The notes below the pieces were generated by a model that was given only the letters and a program-made list of their open reading frames with translations, was not told the origin of the DNA and made no database searches. A stretch of 60,276 nt of DNA, filler included, from Nemertoderma westbladi (taxonomy: Eukaryota > Animalia > Xenacoelomorpha): assembly GCA_032718475.1 (NCBI GenBank). It is 3 parts of 3 records of this genome, joined end to end, with 100 filler letters (N's around TTAATTAATTAA, not from the genome) between each part and the next. Parts side by side here need not be neighbours in the genome. Positions count along the whole stretch, not along the records: positions 1 to 25,949 come from JAUCBJ010007216.1; 2 more parts are not named here. One strand, 5' to 3'. The position numbers were made by a program, and so were the translations under genes. This document shows, piece by piece, positions 11,956-22,760 of this stretch; position 1 is the first letter of the stretch, and the number at the start of each line of letters is the position of its first letter.

Positions 11956-14900
11956 ATGGCTGACAAAAAGAAAACACTGTCAGATAGTCTCCTAGTAACA
12001 ACAGTCTGCGACTCCGACAGGAGTACCGAACATTTGAGACCAAAGTTCAAGTCCCCTCCTACTGTAAGAAAGGTCATCCCTTCAGTAGTAGTATCAGACC
12101 CTAGGCTAGTAAAGCACCGTAGGTCTATCATAGGCACTCGAGCTCAAGTCAAGCGGGACCAAGAGGCAGCTGTTAAACAGCAGCAACACTCGAGCCGAGA
12201 ACTTATTTCTCAGCGGCCCGATAGCTCCGGCAGTTCAGATACTGTAGAGTTGACACCCGAGCGCGGAGCAAAGATGACAGAAGCAGTTTATTCGGATCCA
12301 CTTCTCATTCTTCCTGAAGCCGTACTCACTAGAGTATTGATTGCGGTGGAGGAACATCAAATTGATTGGGCGAGAAGTAAGCGATCGACCAAGGACAGTT
12401 ATGCGGGATACACAAAGGAGGAACTGAAGTCTATTGTCGAGACGCAATGGAACTTCCCCGGACCCGGACTCCCGTTTAACTTATCGGAAGCTGCCTGGGA
12501 GGACTTATACAGGATGGGAGTAGTAAAGGACACTAGAGATCCAGCTGTGTGGAAGAGGTCGGCAGCAGGATATGTACAGGGATTCTTCAGCTCTTTGGAG
12601 CGATTAGAGGAACAACTGTTTCAACAACCCCAAGGACCTCAAGAGCAGGGAGAGCTGCTTTATCAAGTTCGAGAACGTATCCTAAGAATCAGACTAATCC
12701 TATCGGCCTTTGAGGAAGCCTCGAAAAGAAGCCAAGACATGTCGTTGCAAGTTGCCGTAAAGACTTGGTTCCAACTGGTGAGCCTTAAAGTTCAAGGAAC
12801 ATCCCAATGGAAAATTCAGCTAACTGAGCGCTCAACCCACGGAGAATCAACAGACGCTACCTTTTCTCAAGTGGAAAGTGAAGCGACATTGGAGAAACCT
12901 CAGAAGAAGGATACTATTGACATCTATCTGTCGGACTATCAACGATTTATAGGTGACAAAGAGTTGAGGAGACGCCTGGCTGGACTTCACCCTACTAGTG
13001 AAGGAGCCAAATTTGTGTTAGACGCATTAGATGCGGAAATGTTAGCCACAGAGCAGGCTAAATTTGATGAAAGCATCCTCCTCGCTAGGGAACAGGAAGA
13101 ACAATTAAAGAAAAAACGGATAGAAGACAGAAAGGTAGCAGCAGCGGCAGCGGCAGAAGGTCAAAGAAAGGCGGCAGCTGCAGCGGCAGTGGCAGAAGCT
13201 GAAAGAAAAGCGGCAGTGGCAGAGGCAGAGGCTGAAAGAAAAGCAGCAGCTGCAGTGGCATGCGGCAGAGGCAGCGGCAGTGGCAGTGGCAGAAGCGGAA
13301 AGAAAAGCGGCAGCGGTAACGGCAGCGGCAGAGGCAGAAGCTGAAAGAAAGGTAGCAGCGGCAGAAGCAGAAAGAAAAGCGGCAGAGGCAGTGGCAGCAG
13401 CAGAACGGAGGGCATCTGAAGAGACAGTCCAACTAGAGTTGGAAAATCTTCAAGAGAAGCAAGATTACTTCAATAAACAAAGAACAGCTAAGTATATGCA
13501 GATGATAAGTCGATCTACTCCCAAGAGACAGGGATTTACATCATCTGATGAAGGCGATACAACAGATCCTGAAGGCGGAGGAAATAGATCTCGTTCCAGC
13601 AGACGTAGAAGAACGCCTCACCATCAGAAATTGCCTAATTTGCCCCCAGCTGTGAGAAGGCAACTAGCTAGTGCAGACTTAGGTAGTACAGAACCCACAG
13701 ACCAAATTATTAGAGTAGAAAGACTCCCTACTATAGTAGATGAGCCTGAAATAATTAGGCCTGTTCTCGAAGCCACCCCTTCTGTGATAGAGACCCCTGT
13801 ACTTCCAGAACCTAACTCTAAATTCCCTTTGCACAGTACTAAACTACCTGTACCCAGTAGGACTGTTCCAGAGTCAATTCCAGTCCTGGACGCCGAGCGA
13901 GACATTAACGATTTATCGCCCGTCGTCCCTCGTCTACCCGCTACTATGTTGGCGGCTCCCGCTTTGGCGGTAGAGTGGGTGGATGAGGGACGGCGGGAGA
14001 TGGGTCTCCTGCTCGGGCAGCTGAGGGAACACCGTTTGTGTTCCTCTCAGCAGGTCCGGGAGATGGAAGGGACTGTTCAACAGTTAAAGGGAACAGTCAG
14101 AGAGGGTAGGTTAGAGTTGCAAGAAGTGCAGCAGAGTATCGCGTTAGAACGCGATAAATTGGTAAATATACAAAGAGGTATACCACCACCCCCTGTAACA
14201 ATGTGTCAACCTGTTAGGTCTGAAGTATTTCACGCATTTATATCCTACACGCATTTATACTGCTAGTGAAGTAGAAACTCCTATAGTAGCCCCTATTAAG
14301 GGTAACGATAAACCTGTTGATAATGATATTCCATATAGACCTGATCATAATCCGAGAAATTTATATACCGATAACTCGATATTAAATAATACGATGGCCA
14401 AAGAAAGTTTTACGCGTCAAATGGCTAGAACCGAAGCCCGTCAAGCGGTAAAGGTGGGAGAGATCGTCAAGTTCAACGGAGATGAGATGAAATGGTTACC
14501 TTTTAATGAATATTATAAAGATAACATACAGAACTCTGTGCTATCTAACGGAGAGAAACTTAGATTCCTCATCGAGTGCTTGGAAGGATCTCCCAAGTTA
14601 ATGGCGTTAAAGTTTATTGGACATCCAGATGGATTAAGACAAGTTTGGGATACACTAAACATCAGGTATGGTAATAGGAATAATATAGCTAGGTATTTGT
14701 ATGCGAAATTGGTAGCGCCACGAAAGTTTCTTAGCAGCGGGATTATAGAATTTTCCGATGAGATCCAGGAGATTTGTAGACAATTTAGATTGGCTAGGTA
14801 AGTCTCATGAGTATCAGAGTTCTATGGTTATTGGAGCTGTACCATCTACCTTGCCAAAGGGTGGAGTAGGTACTCGTTGGGACAAAAGAGTTCTATATAT

Positions 14901-15336
14901 GATGGAACAACAACGAAGAGACCCTACCATGGCTGATCTCATGTCATTCTTAGATGGAGAGGTAAAATTACAGCTCCTAAAGCAGTCCAGAGAGAAGACA
15001 CCTGAAAATAAGGTAAGTGAAAAACCCGTTTCTAGGAGAAAGGTAACACCAGTGTGTTATACAGACGACGGCGAAAGCCAGACCTCTCAAGAGGAGAACA
15101 ACGGGAAAGACACCGAAAGATCTTACTATGTCAACAAAGTACCTAAAGACGTAAGTAAATTTAAGTCTCGAACCAGTGACAGGAGAGAACAGGTAACAAA
15201 AACTCCTCCTACGTCTTCCAAGAGAGTTCATGGAAGAAAGCCCGAGGAAAGAACGAGTGTGCACAACATTACCCAAGGTAAAGTAAGTAACATCAAACCA
15301 AAATGTGCATTGTGCGACGGGCCCCACACCGTTTAA
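11956..15336 (+). pseudogene. BEL/Pao Gag with long N-terminal coiled-coil extension, broken by frameshifts near 13270, 14250, 14790 and 15330
   Basis: ORFs 11956-13344, 13280-14266, 14394-14801 (KFNGDEMKWLPF...LSNGEKLRFLIECLEG...L..RYG, DUF1759-like Gag) and 14758-15336 (ends CALCDGPH); AEAERKAA repeats at 13130-13410. Confidence 0.8.
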
Positions 15337-18300
15337 GTGTGTGTGATGAATTCTTAAAGAAATCCCTAAAAGATCGACGTGATGTCATGTGGGATAAGCG
15401 GTTGTGTTATAATTGTCTCAGACAAGGACACCAACGGCGAACCTGTTACTCCGATGCGAGGTATGCTAAGTGCGGCGCGAAACATCATATCTTGTTGCAC
15501 ACCGAATTTGAAAGAAACAGCCCGAGTCAGGTAAGTGAGTCCGAACTACATGTCCAATTCAGTGATGTGAACGACACTGACCAAAGTTCTGAGATGGAAG
15601 GATTCTACACGGACGAATTCTCCGACGAAAATGAATCCTGTTATTTAATAAACACCGCGGTGTATCGAGCGCTTACGTATGAGACTGAAACCGATAACGA
15701 AGCGCACCCGGTTATTCCTGACCGACAACCATCTTGGAAAGCACCAACTTCCAATGTCAGAATCCGGGAATTCCCCGTAGTTCAGCTAAGAGTCCATGGA
15801 TTAAATAAGGGTTTTATAGTCAACGCACTCCTGGACTCCGGCAGCACAGGAACGTTCATCGATAAAGAACTAGCCGAATACATCTTTGCAGGACAACCCA
15901 AGTTCCGAACTAAGTTGAACCTTTCAGGAATTATGCAGGTTTGGAAATCTACAGTAGCTGCAGACTACTATGTAGGTGCGTTGTCCACTCCCCAAGACGA
16001 ACTAGGAGAACACAGTATAAGGTCAGTAAAAATGGTGGCGATAAAGAACTTTGCTACCAGCCAAGTAGAACCTTACAACTGGGATGAAGACGATTTTACC
16101 CAGCAACATAATATCCCTAGATTCAACACAGACTACCCAGGGGTGCAAATTTTAATCGGCCAAAATGCGCATGAGGCGCTTGAGACATTAGAGAAACGAC
16201 CTGCTCGACCGCAACCATTGCAAACTTATGCGGGAAGAACTAGAGTAGGTTGGTACTTCACTGGACCTTCCCGTAGAACGCTCATGGAAAGATTACCCAC
16301 TGAACAAGTGCACCAGGTGAGTGAATGTGAAGAAGAAATCAGTGAGGGAGAAATCACACCTGAGGGAACACCATACTCCTCAGATAACGACAATATTACC
16401 CAGCTATTTGACGAGGAAAATACGATAGACCTCCTCACTGAAAGTGAAGCTTGGAGAAACCAAGTGCACCTTTGCCATCTCGTCCATCATGGCGGACAAC
16501 TCAATTATGACAACGAGCTAAATGAGGTGATAGATCGACATAATGCTAAGATTCGTGATGAACACGCCGTACGATTCTTTACTCAAGAAGCTGTAGAGCC
16601 TAATTCCTACGACAAAGCACTATCAGTCGAGGAGGAAAGAGCCAAGCAAATCCAGGCAACGACTACACGTTTCCTTAGGGATCAAGGGAGGTATGAAATT
16701 GGTCTGCCATTCCGAAAGCGAGAACCTAATTTTATAAATAATCGACCCTTGGCGGAGAAAAGAATCGCTCAACTACATCGACGTCTTACGGCAAATGCTT
16801 CAGCTAAAGAGATGTACAAGACACAGCTGAAGAAATTCATCGATAAGGGATATGCGGAGCGAGTACCGGAAGAAACACCCATAACTGAAAGAATGTATTA
16901 TTTAACCCATCATTACGTTCCCAAACCCGGTAAACCCAACGAAGTTCGGGTAGTATTTGACTGCTCCGCCCTTTACATGGGCCAATCCCTTAATTCGGAG
17001 TTGTTGCCGGGACCCAACTTACTCCAATCCTTGTTGGGAATACTCTTAAGATTACGGCAATATTCGAAATATATATATAGAATATATAGAGGGCAATATA
17101 TAGAAGGCATGTTCTTACAAGTTAAGGCGCTGGATAGGGATCGAGACAGCTTGCGATTTCTGTGGTGGCCTGAAGGAGACCTCAGCCAAAAACCTGTGGA
17201 GTACTGGATGACCATCCAGGCTTTCGGAATCATCTCAAGCCCCTCGAACGCCTGTTCAGTAGGGCGCACCACTACTGCTGATGACAACCGAGACGCCTTC
17301 TCTAAAGCGGTTATCGACAACATCAAACAGGATATATACATGAACGATAATTTAAAGTCCCTCCCATCGGTGGAAGAAGCCATTGATGTTGCCAAGGTAA
17401 CGGTAGAGTGTTTGAAACGTGGTGGATTTCGACTAACCAAATTCACTAGCAACTCCCGTGCGTTTCTGGAATCGATCCTGGTAGAAGACCGAGGAGTTAA
17501 AGATCTAGACCTAATCAAGGACGATCTTCCGGAAACCAAGACGCTTGGTTTGAAATGGGACACGGAGAGAGATATCCTGTTTTTCCAGCTAAAACAGCGA
17601 GATAATCCAGTTCGAACTAAACGGATTTGTCTAAGTATCCTGAGCACTTATTTCGATCCATTGGGATTTATTAGCCCAGTTATATTGGTTGCTCGGAGTT
17701 TAGTTCAACAAATGTGGCTTGAAAACCACTCGTGGGACAATGCACTTAAGGGAGAACTACTAAAGAAGTGGATGAAATGGGAAGATTCTCTACCATCCAT
17801 CGAGAACTTTACGATCTCCCGTTCATATTTTGGTCATGCTCTCCCCACGTATTCCTATCAACTCCATGTGTTTGGAGACGCCAGCGATATGGGAATAGGT
17901 ATAGTAGCCTACCTGAGAGTTGAAACTCCGGATGGAATTAAAGTCACCTTGGTTACCTCTAAGGCCTTGATAAACAACAAGCTACGAGTTCCTCGAGCGG
18001 AGTTAAAGGCGGCTCTATACGCTACAGCCATCGGCCGGAATGTCACAGAACAGATCGACTATCCACTGGAGAAAACTGTCTATTGGACCGATGCTTTACT
18101 CGTTTTGGAGTATATAACCAATGAAGTCTGTCAGTTCAGCATCTTCGTTACCAACAGAGTAGCCATTATACTTAGTCGCACTAGTGTAGATCAATGGAGA
18201 CATTGCCCTGGGACGATTAATCCAGCCGACATCGCCTCCAGAGGAGCAACTCCTCAAGAACTGGTAGACACTCCAGACTGGTTAGGTGGACCCGACTTCC

Positions 18301-20195
18301 TAAGTAAAGAAGAGGATGAATGGCCTCCTCATCTCACCACGGCTGAGATTAGACAAGCCAAGGGAGCGGAGAAAGTCAAACCTAAAACCCGGACGAGTAA
18401 ATCGAAGTTATTTAAACCCGTGATAGATCTGTCTGTACTACATATTTCCGGAGACGACGCTGTGGATCTAAACTCCCCCACCACAAATAAGTCTGTTGTG
18501 GAAATCAGAGAGAGAGACTGGAAATCTGGAACACCAGATGTCTCGCAGGGACTCTCACCTCTCCTGCAGAGAGCGATAAATCACTATAGCTCCTGGAATC
18601 GGCTTTGTAAGGCCATCGTATATTTAAAGCGATGCTTTCATCATCACTACTCCAGGACGAAGATCGCTAGTGATACCGCTCCACTGACATCTGTGCAGGT
18701 CCATGCTATTAAAGATCTTCCCAAATATAAAATATCAGATAGGTTTCTGACGGAGAAGATCAGTTACCAGGAGCATGAAGAAACCAATAAGCAGATACTG
18801 AGACTCCTGCAATGCTATGAAGATTCCGATAAGTATTTCCTGTTGTTGAGAAATCCACAGATGCGCTTAAGGGATCGTTTCTCTAGCACAATGATAGATG
18901 GGTTAATACGAGTTGGAGGGAGACTAACTAATGCTCCATTATCCTTTGACACTAAGTTTCCCATATTCATTAGAAATCTTGAAATACAAATCAAGATGAT
19001 TGTAGATGTTCACAGTAAGCTTTACCATGCTGGTAGAGAAAGAGTTCTTAGCGAAATTCGAACTCGCTATTATTTTCATAAACCCCGTAGAGCTCTGAAC
19101 CAAGTTCTTAGGAACTGTATACCCTGTAGGAAAGCATTCAGTAGGCCTTTAACACAGCGAGAGGCAGAATTACCTAGGGAACGAGTAAGCTTCTATGAAC
19201 CACCCTTTACTAATACCGGTGTGGATTTATTTGGCCCTTTTGAAGTATATCGTGCCAGGACTATAGTCAAGCGATGGTGTGTCATCTTTGTCTGTATGAC
19301 TTGTAGAGCGATCCATTTAGATATGGTGAACGATCTATCTACCAACAGCTTCATACTGAGTCTACGCCGACAGATCGCTCGCTTTGGAACTAGCAACACG
19401 ATGAGATCTGATAAGGGGACAAACTTCATTGGCGCCAATAATGAGATCAAGGCTTACGTTAGAGATTGGAACCAAAGACAGGTGGACGATCAGCTAAGGG
19501 TAACAGCATCTAGCTGGACATTCAACGCCGCCGACGCCCCTTGGTGGGGAGGAAGTTGGGAGAGATTAATAAGAAGCGTGAAGACCGCATTTCACTTTAT
19601 AGTGCCGTGCCGCGCGTATCTCACCAATGAACTCTTGCGGACGTTAATGGAAGAAATCGCCGCCTATCTTAACGAAAGACCGCTTATGCCAGTCTCATCG
19701 AGTCCCGACTCCCTGGAAGCGCTAACACCTGCGCACTTCCTACTGAAGAAACCTGTAGCCATGCTCCCACGATCGGAAATCACGGATGGAGACGAATACT
19801 GCCGACAAACTTGGCAACTTATGCAGTTATTATCCCGCCGTTTCGCTGACCATTTCGAAAAACATTATCTGCCTACGCTACAACTTCGAACCAATTGGTT
19901 TGCGCAGCAAGAAAACGTCAACGCCGGAGACATGGTTCTTATTGTGGAAACAGATCTTCCACGTAAGCGGTGGCAGACAGGTTGTATCATCGAGACTCAT
20001 ATCTCAGATGACGGTTTAGTGCGATCGGTAGAACTCGTCGTCATGCGATGTAACTTTAAGAAACCGGGAATTGTATTCGAAACACAGCAGCTCAATCGCC
20101 CGGTTGGTCGTTTATGTTTACTGGAGAGAGACAGAGAACTGTCCGGAAACTATGGAAGGCAAGATACTCTTCCCACGACCACCTCCCTAATCTAA
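15303..20195 (+). CDS. BEL/Pao polyprotein: Zn knuckles, aspartic protease, RT (catalytically damaged), RNase H, integrase
   Basis: CYNCLRQGHQRRTC and KCGAKHHILLH; ALLDSGS; RVVFDCSA, LRFLWW, YMNDN (instead of YxDD); HVFGDAS, RAEL, WTDA, NPADIASRG; HSKLYH...CIPC; GVDLFGP, SDKGTNF, WWGGSWERL. Confidence 0.9.
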   Translation: MCIVRRAPHRLSVCDEFLKKSLKDRRDVMWDKRLCYNCLRQGHQRRTCYSDARYAKCGAKHHILLHTEFERNSPSQVSESELHVQFSDVNDTDQSSEMEGFYTDEFSDENESCYLINTAVYRALTYETETDNEAHPVIPDRQPSWKAPTSNVRIREFPVVQLRVHGLNKGFIVNALLDSGSTGTFIDKELAEYIFAGQPKFRTKLNLSGIMQVWKSTVAADYYVGALSTPQDELGEHSIRSVKMVAIKNFATSQVEPYNWDEDDFTQQHNIPRFNTDYPGVQILIGQNAHEALETLEKRPARPQPLQTYAGRTRVGWYFTGPSRRTLMERLPTEQVHQVSECEEEISEGEITPEGTPYSSDNDNITQLFDEENTIDLLTESEAWRNQVHLCHLVHHGGQLNYDNELNEVIDRHNAKIRDEHAVRFFTQEAVEPNSYDKALSVEEERAKQIQATTTRFLRDQGRYEIGLPFRKREPNFINNRPLAEKRIAQLHRRLTANASAKEMYKTQLKKFIDKGYAERVPEETPITERMYYLTHHYVPKPGKPNEVRVVFDCSALYMGQSLNSELLPGPNLLQSLLGILLRLRQYSKYIYRIYRGQYIEGMFLQVKALDRDRDSLRFLWWPEGDLSQKPVEYWMTIQAFGIISSPSNACSVGRTTTADDNRDAFSKAVIDNIKQDIYMNDNLKSLPSVEEAIDVAKVTVECLKRGGFRLTKFTSNSRAFLESILVEDRGVKDLDLIKDDLPETKTLGLKWDTERDILFFQLKQRDNPVRTKRICLSILSTYFDPLGFISPVILVARSLVQQMWLENHSWDNALKGELLKKWMKWEDSLPSIENFTISRSYFGHALPTYSYQLHVFGDASDMGIGIVAYLRVETPDGIKVTLVTSKALINNKLRVPRAELKAALYATAIGRNVTEQIDYPLEKTVYWTDALLVLEYITNEVCQFSIFVTNRVAIILSRTSVDQWRHCPGTINPADIASRGATPQELVDTPDWLGGPDFLSKEEDEWPPHLTTAEIRQAKGAEKVKPKTRTSKSKLFKPVIDLSVLHISGDDAVDLNSPTTNKSVVEIRERDWKSGTPDVSQGLSPLLQRAINHYSSWNRLCKAIVYLKRCFHHHYSRTKIASDTAPLTSVQVHAIKDLPKYKISDRFLTEKISYQEHEETNKQILRLLQCYEDSDKYFLLLRNPQMRLRDRFSSTMIDGLIRVGGRLTNAPLSFDTKFPIFIRNLEIQIKMIVDVHSKLYHAGRERVLSEIRTRYYFHKPRRALNQVLRNCIPCRKAFSRPLTQREAELPRERVSFYEPPFTNTGVDLFGPFEVYRARTIVKRWCVIFVCMTCRAIHLDMVNDLSTNSFILSLRRQIARFGTSNTMRSDKGTNFIGANNEIKAYVRDWNQRQVDDQLRVTASSWTFNAADAPWWGGSWERLIRSVKTAFHFIVPCRAYLTNELLRTLMEEIAAYLNERPLMPVSSSPDSLEALTPAHFLLKKPVAMLPRSEITDGDEYCRQTWQLMQLLSRRFADHFEKHYLPTLQLRTNWFAQQENVNAGDMVLIVETDLPRKRWQTGCIIETHISDDGLVRSVELVVMRCNFKKPGIVFETQQLNRPVGRLCLLERDRELSGNYGRQDTLPTTTSLI

Positions 20196-20865
20196 CAGAC
20201 ATCTAGGGACTCCCCAACGTAATAGCGTCTGGAGTGGGTGTGTGACCATATTATTTTATATTCGTTTTTTATTATTTTTATATTTAGGTATGTATTATTA
20301 TGTAATTTTATAATAATCGTTTTCTTTAATTTTATTTAGTAGAATGTTATTTTAGCGATTATTTAGTAGATTAGTGCAATATATACTCGTGTTTATTACT
20401 TAATTACTTATATTATATATTTAGTGCAACGGCGAGAAATAATTCTTTTTTCTCTTTCCTTACTGTCCGTATCATATTATAAATGCGTGACTACAGTAAG
20501 ATGAAATATCCGTACTTATTAAAGTACAATAAAGCTCCTACTATACTTAAGTATTATTGGTAAGTAGAGTATTAGGAATGCAAAGTTCAGATCCTCGTGT
20601 CTCGGCTAAACCAAGCTCTGGGTAGACCTTGGAAACGACTTGCCTCTTCTCACTGACATTGCTTCTTGCAATATTGCTCTCATACTGTATATTAAATAAT
20701 ACATATAGTAGTGTGATGTCCCTTTAACAGTAGCGTACAATGCAAATAAATCTGTTAAACCCTTTGACCATCTGTAATTCTAGTCGATTAACCCTATCCA
20801 TACCGGGGTACTTTAGACGCTCAAACTACCGGGGGGGGAGGGGACTTTTGGAGACGTAAAGTTTG

Positions 20866-21113
20866 TGTGGTGATAATATATGGCTCGCCCCACGGACACC
20901 CTGGGACGAGGGGGGAGAGACCTACCGGGATTAGACAGTCAGTATGTCGGTGTTAGTCAGAGTACGGCAGTACATATTCTGTTATTAGGCTACTTACTAC
21001 ATGCCGTGACCGGTCCCCGGAGGACCCTATTATACATATCTATCTGATAGTATCTGCTCCAGACAAAGGTTTTATTCGTCTGCTGCCTCGCAGCAATAGT
21101 AGATACGCCCACA
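20866..21113 (+). repeat. 5' LTR of a Ty3/gypsy (Mag-like) element
   Basis: TGTGG...CCACA inverted termini, directly followed by a PBS and gag. Confidence 0.65.
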
Positions 21114-21131
21114 TGGCGCAGTGTGTAGGAT
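21114..21131 (+). promoter_or_regulatory. Primer-binding site, tRNA-Ser type
   Basis: TGGCGCAGTGTGTAGGAT immediately after the LTR CA; resembles the complement of tRNA-Ser 3' ends. Confidence 0.6.
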
Positions 21132-21142
21132 AATTTGGGCCC

Positions 21143-22417
21143 ATGCCGCCTAAATCCAAAGGGAAGATCACGTCCCCGCCCACGGCGGACAGCAGCGACG
21201 GCGACGAAACTCTAGAAGCCCGAGGCGGCAGTCGCGCCCCTATCCAAATGGACGACCTCGCGTGAATCCTCGCCCAACAGCAGACTGCTATGGCTCAGCT
21301 GCTGGCGCAACAGCAGGAAGACGCCAACCGTCGCCAGGAGGCTGCGGATGACCGCCTACTTCAACAACAGGCGGCCGCGGACGACCGCATCGCTAAACTC
21401 CTCGCGGCTTTACAACCCGGCGTGGCGGCGGCCGCCACACCGGAACTACCGACGACCCAACCCACATACGCGGGGGCCGTCACGAACCCGGCTCCCCGAC
21501 GCCGGGTAATCGACATCTCGACGATGGAGAAGATCGACGTGGACGTCGAGTTCTCCATGTTCCGCCGGTGGAGACAGGCGTGGCGGGTCCACGCCCACCG
21601 ACAACAGGTCGCTACGTTCCCGCGGGCCGAGCAGGTTTACGCGCTTGTTGCTGCCCTCGGTAGCGGCCTGCAGGAGACCATCCGCGTCACCCTACACGTG
21701 GACATTGACGCGGACGATACAACCATGGAGACGGTCCTCGATGCACTCCAGGGCCACCTCCGCGCCAAGAGGAGTATCGCGATCGACGCGATCAAGTTCC
21801 ACGAGCGCTGGCAAGGCGCGACCGAGGGATTCGATTCCTTCAGGGTGGCCCTGGAGGATCTCGCAGACACTGCGGAGCTCTGCGGGAACTGTCGCGACCA
21901 ACAGATCGTTACCCAGATCCTCGTGGGTCTTCGATGTTCGGAGACCCGGACGGAACTCCTCAGGGTTCTCCCTCAACCGACCCTCGAGGACTGCGTGAGG
22001 ATCGCGCAGAGCGTGGAAGCCAGCGAAAGGAACGACTCGATCCTCGCGAGCGGGAAACCAGTAAATAAACTCTCCACGTACAAACGCGAATGCTCGGCCT
22101 CCCGCAACCCCGCTATCTCCCGCACCCCGATGGGCACCCGGAACTCATCACCTGACCCCGCGTGGCGGAACCCTAGTGGCCACAGTTGCGGCAACTGCGG
22201 CCGGGAACCCCATGAGGCGGGCTCGGAATGCCCCGCCAAGGGGGCCAAGTGCCACGGCTGTGGCAGGACGGGGCACATCAAGCGGATGTGCCGGTCCCGA
22301 TCCGCCACCAAGAAGAGGGTGTCCACAGTGTACCACCGCCAGAGTATTAACAGCGTTGCTGTTGCCGTTATCCCTACACCAGGGGGGAAAAACGCCGATG
22401 CTGGAGACGTGACTTAA
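21143..22417 (+). pseudogene. Ty3/gypsy Mag-lineage gag with an in-frame TGA at 21263; pol and 3' LTR missing
   Basis: The ATG at 21143 is in frame with ORF 21290-22417. It has the major-homology-like F.ERWQ..E.FDSF...L..LA..C and the double knuckle CGNCGREPH-x5-CPAKGAKCHGCGRTGH-x4-C typical of Mag elements. Confidence 0.8.
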
Positions 22418-22760
22418 CAGACCACCGAGCCCCGGCCAGTCACCGGATATTGATTGTGGGGAGGGAATATTTTCTGAGATGCAAGTTTGCGGTTGATAAA
22501 AAGCTGCATTAGTTGGATATACTCTTTAATGTAACTTCCTATAGTTGAAACCCGTTCAACATCATTGAAACTTGATTAAGAATAATTTTGGGCTTCCCCA
22601 AATCAATATACACCAAATATTCACAATAATTATACACGATAATATAAATCCCTACGGTATATTATTTAATAACCCACTGTTCGCTCAGAATTTTAGCCTA
22701 CCTAATGTTCCCCAGATTTTCCCTCGGTCCTAGTCTTAGTGCCGTAGTGTCGGTGTCGGT

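Larger units (their letters stand above)
11956..20195 (+). mobile_element. BEL/Pao LTR retrotransposon coding region (gag-pol), frameshifted and probably inactive
   Basis: Domain order is Gag, triple Zn knuckle, protease, RT, RNase H, integrase. It is split over five ORFs. A matching LTR pair was not found. Confidence 0.92.

Noticed and set aside
20239-20830. 3' LTR of the BEL element
   Set aside because: Purine tracts exist at about 20231 and 20831, but I found no matching direct repeat upstream of 11956
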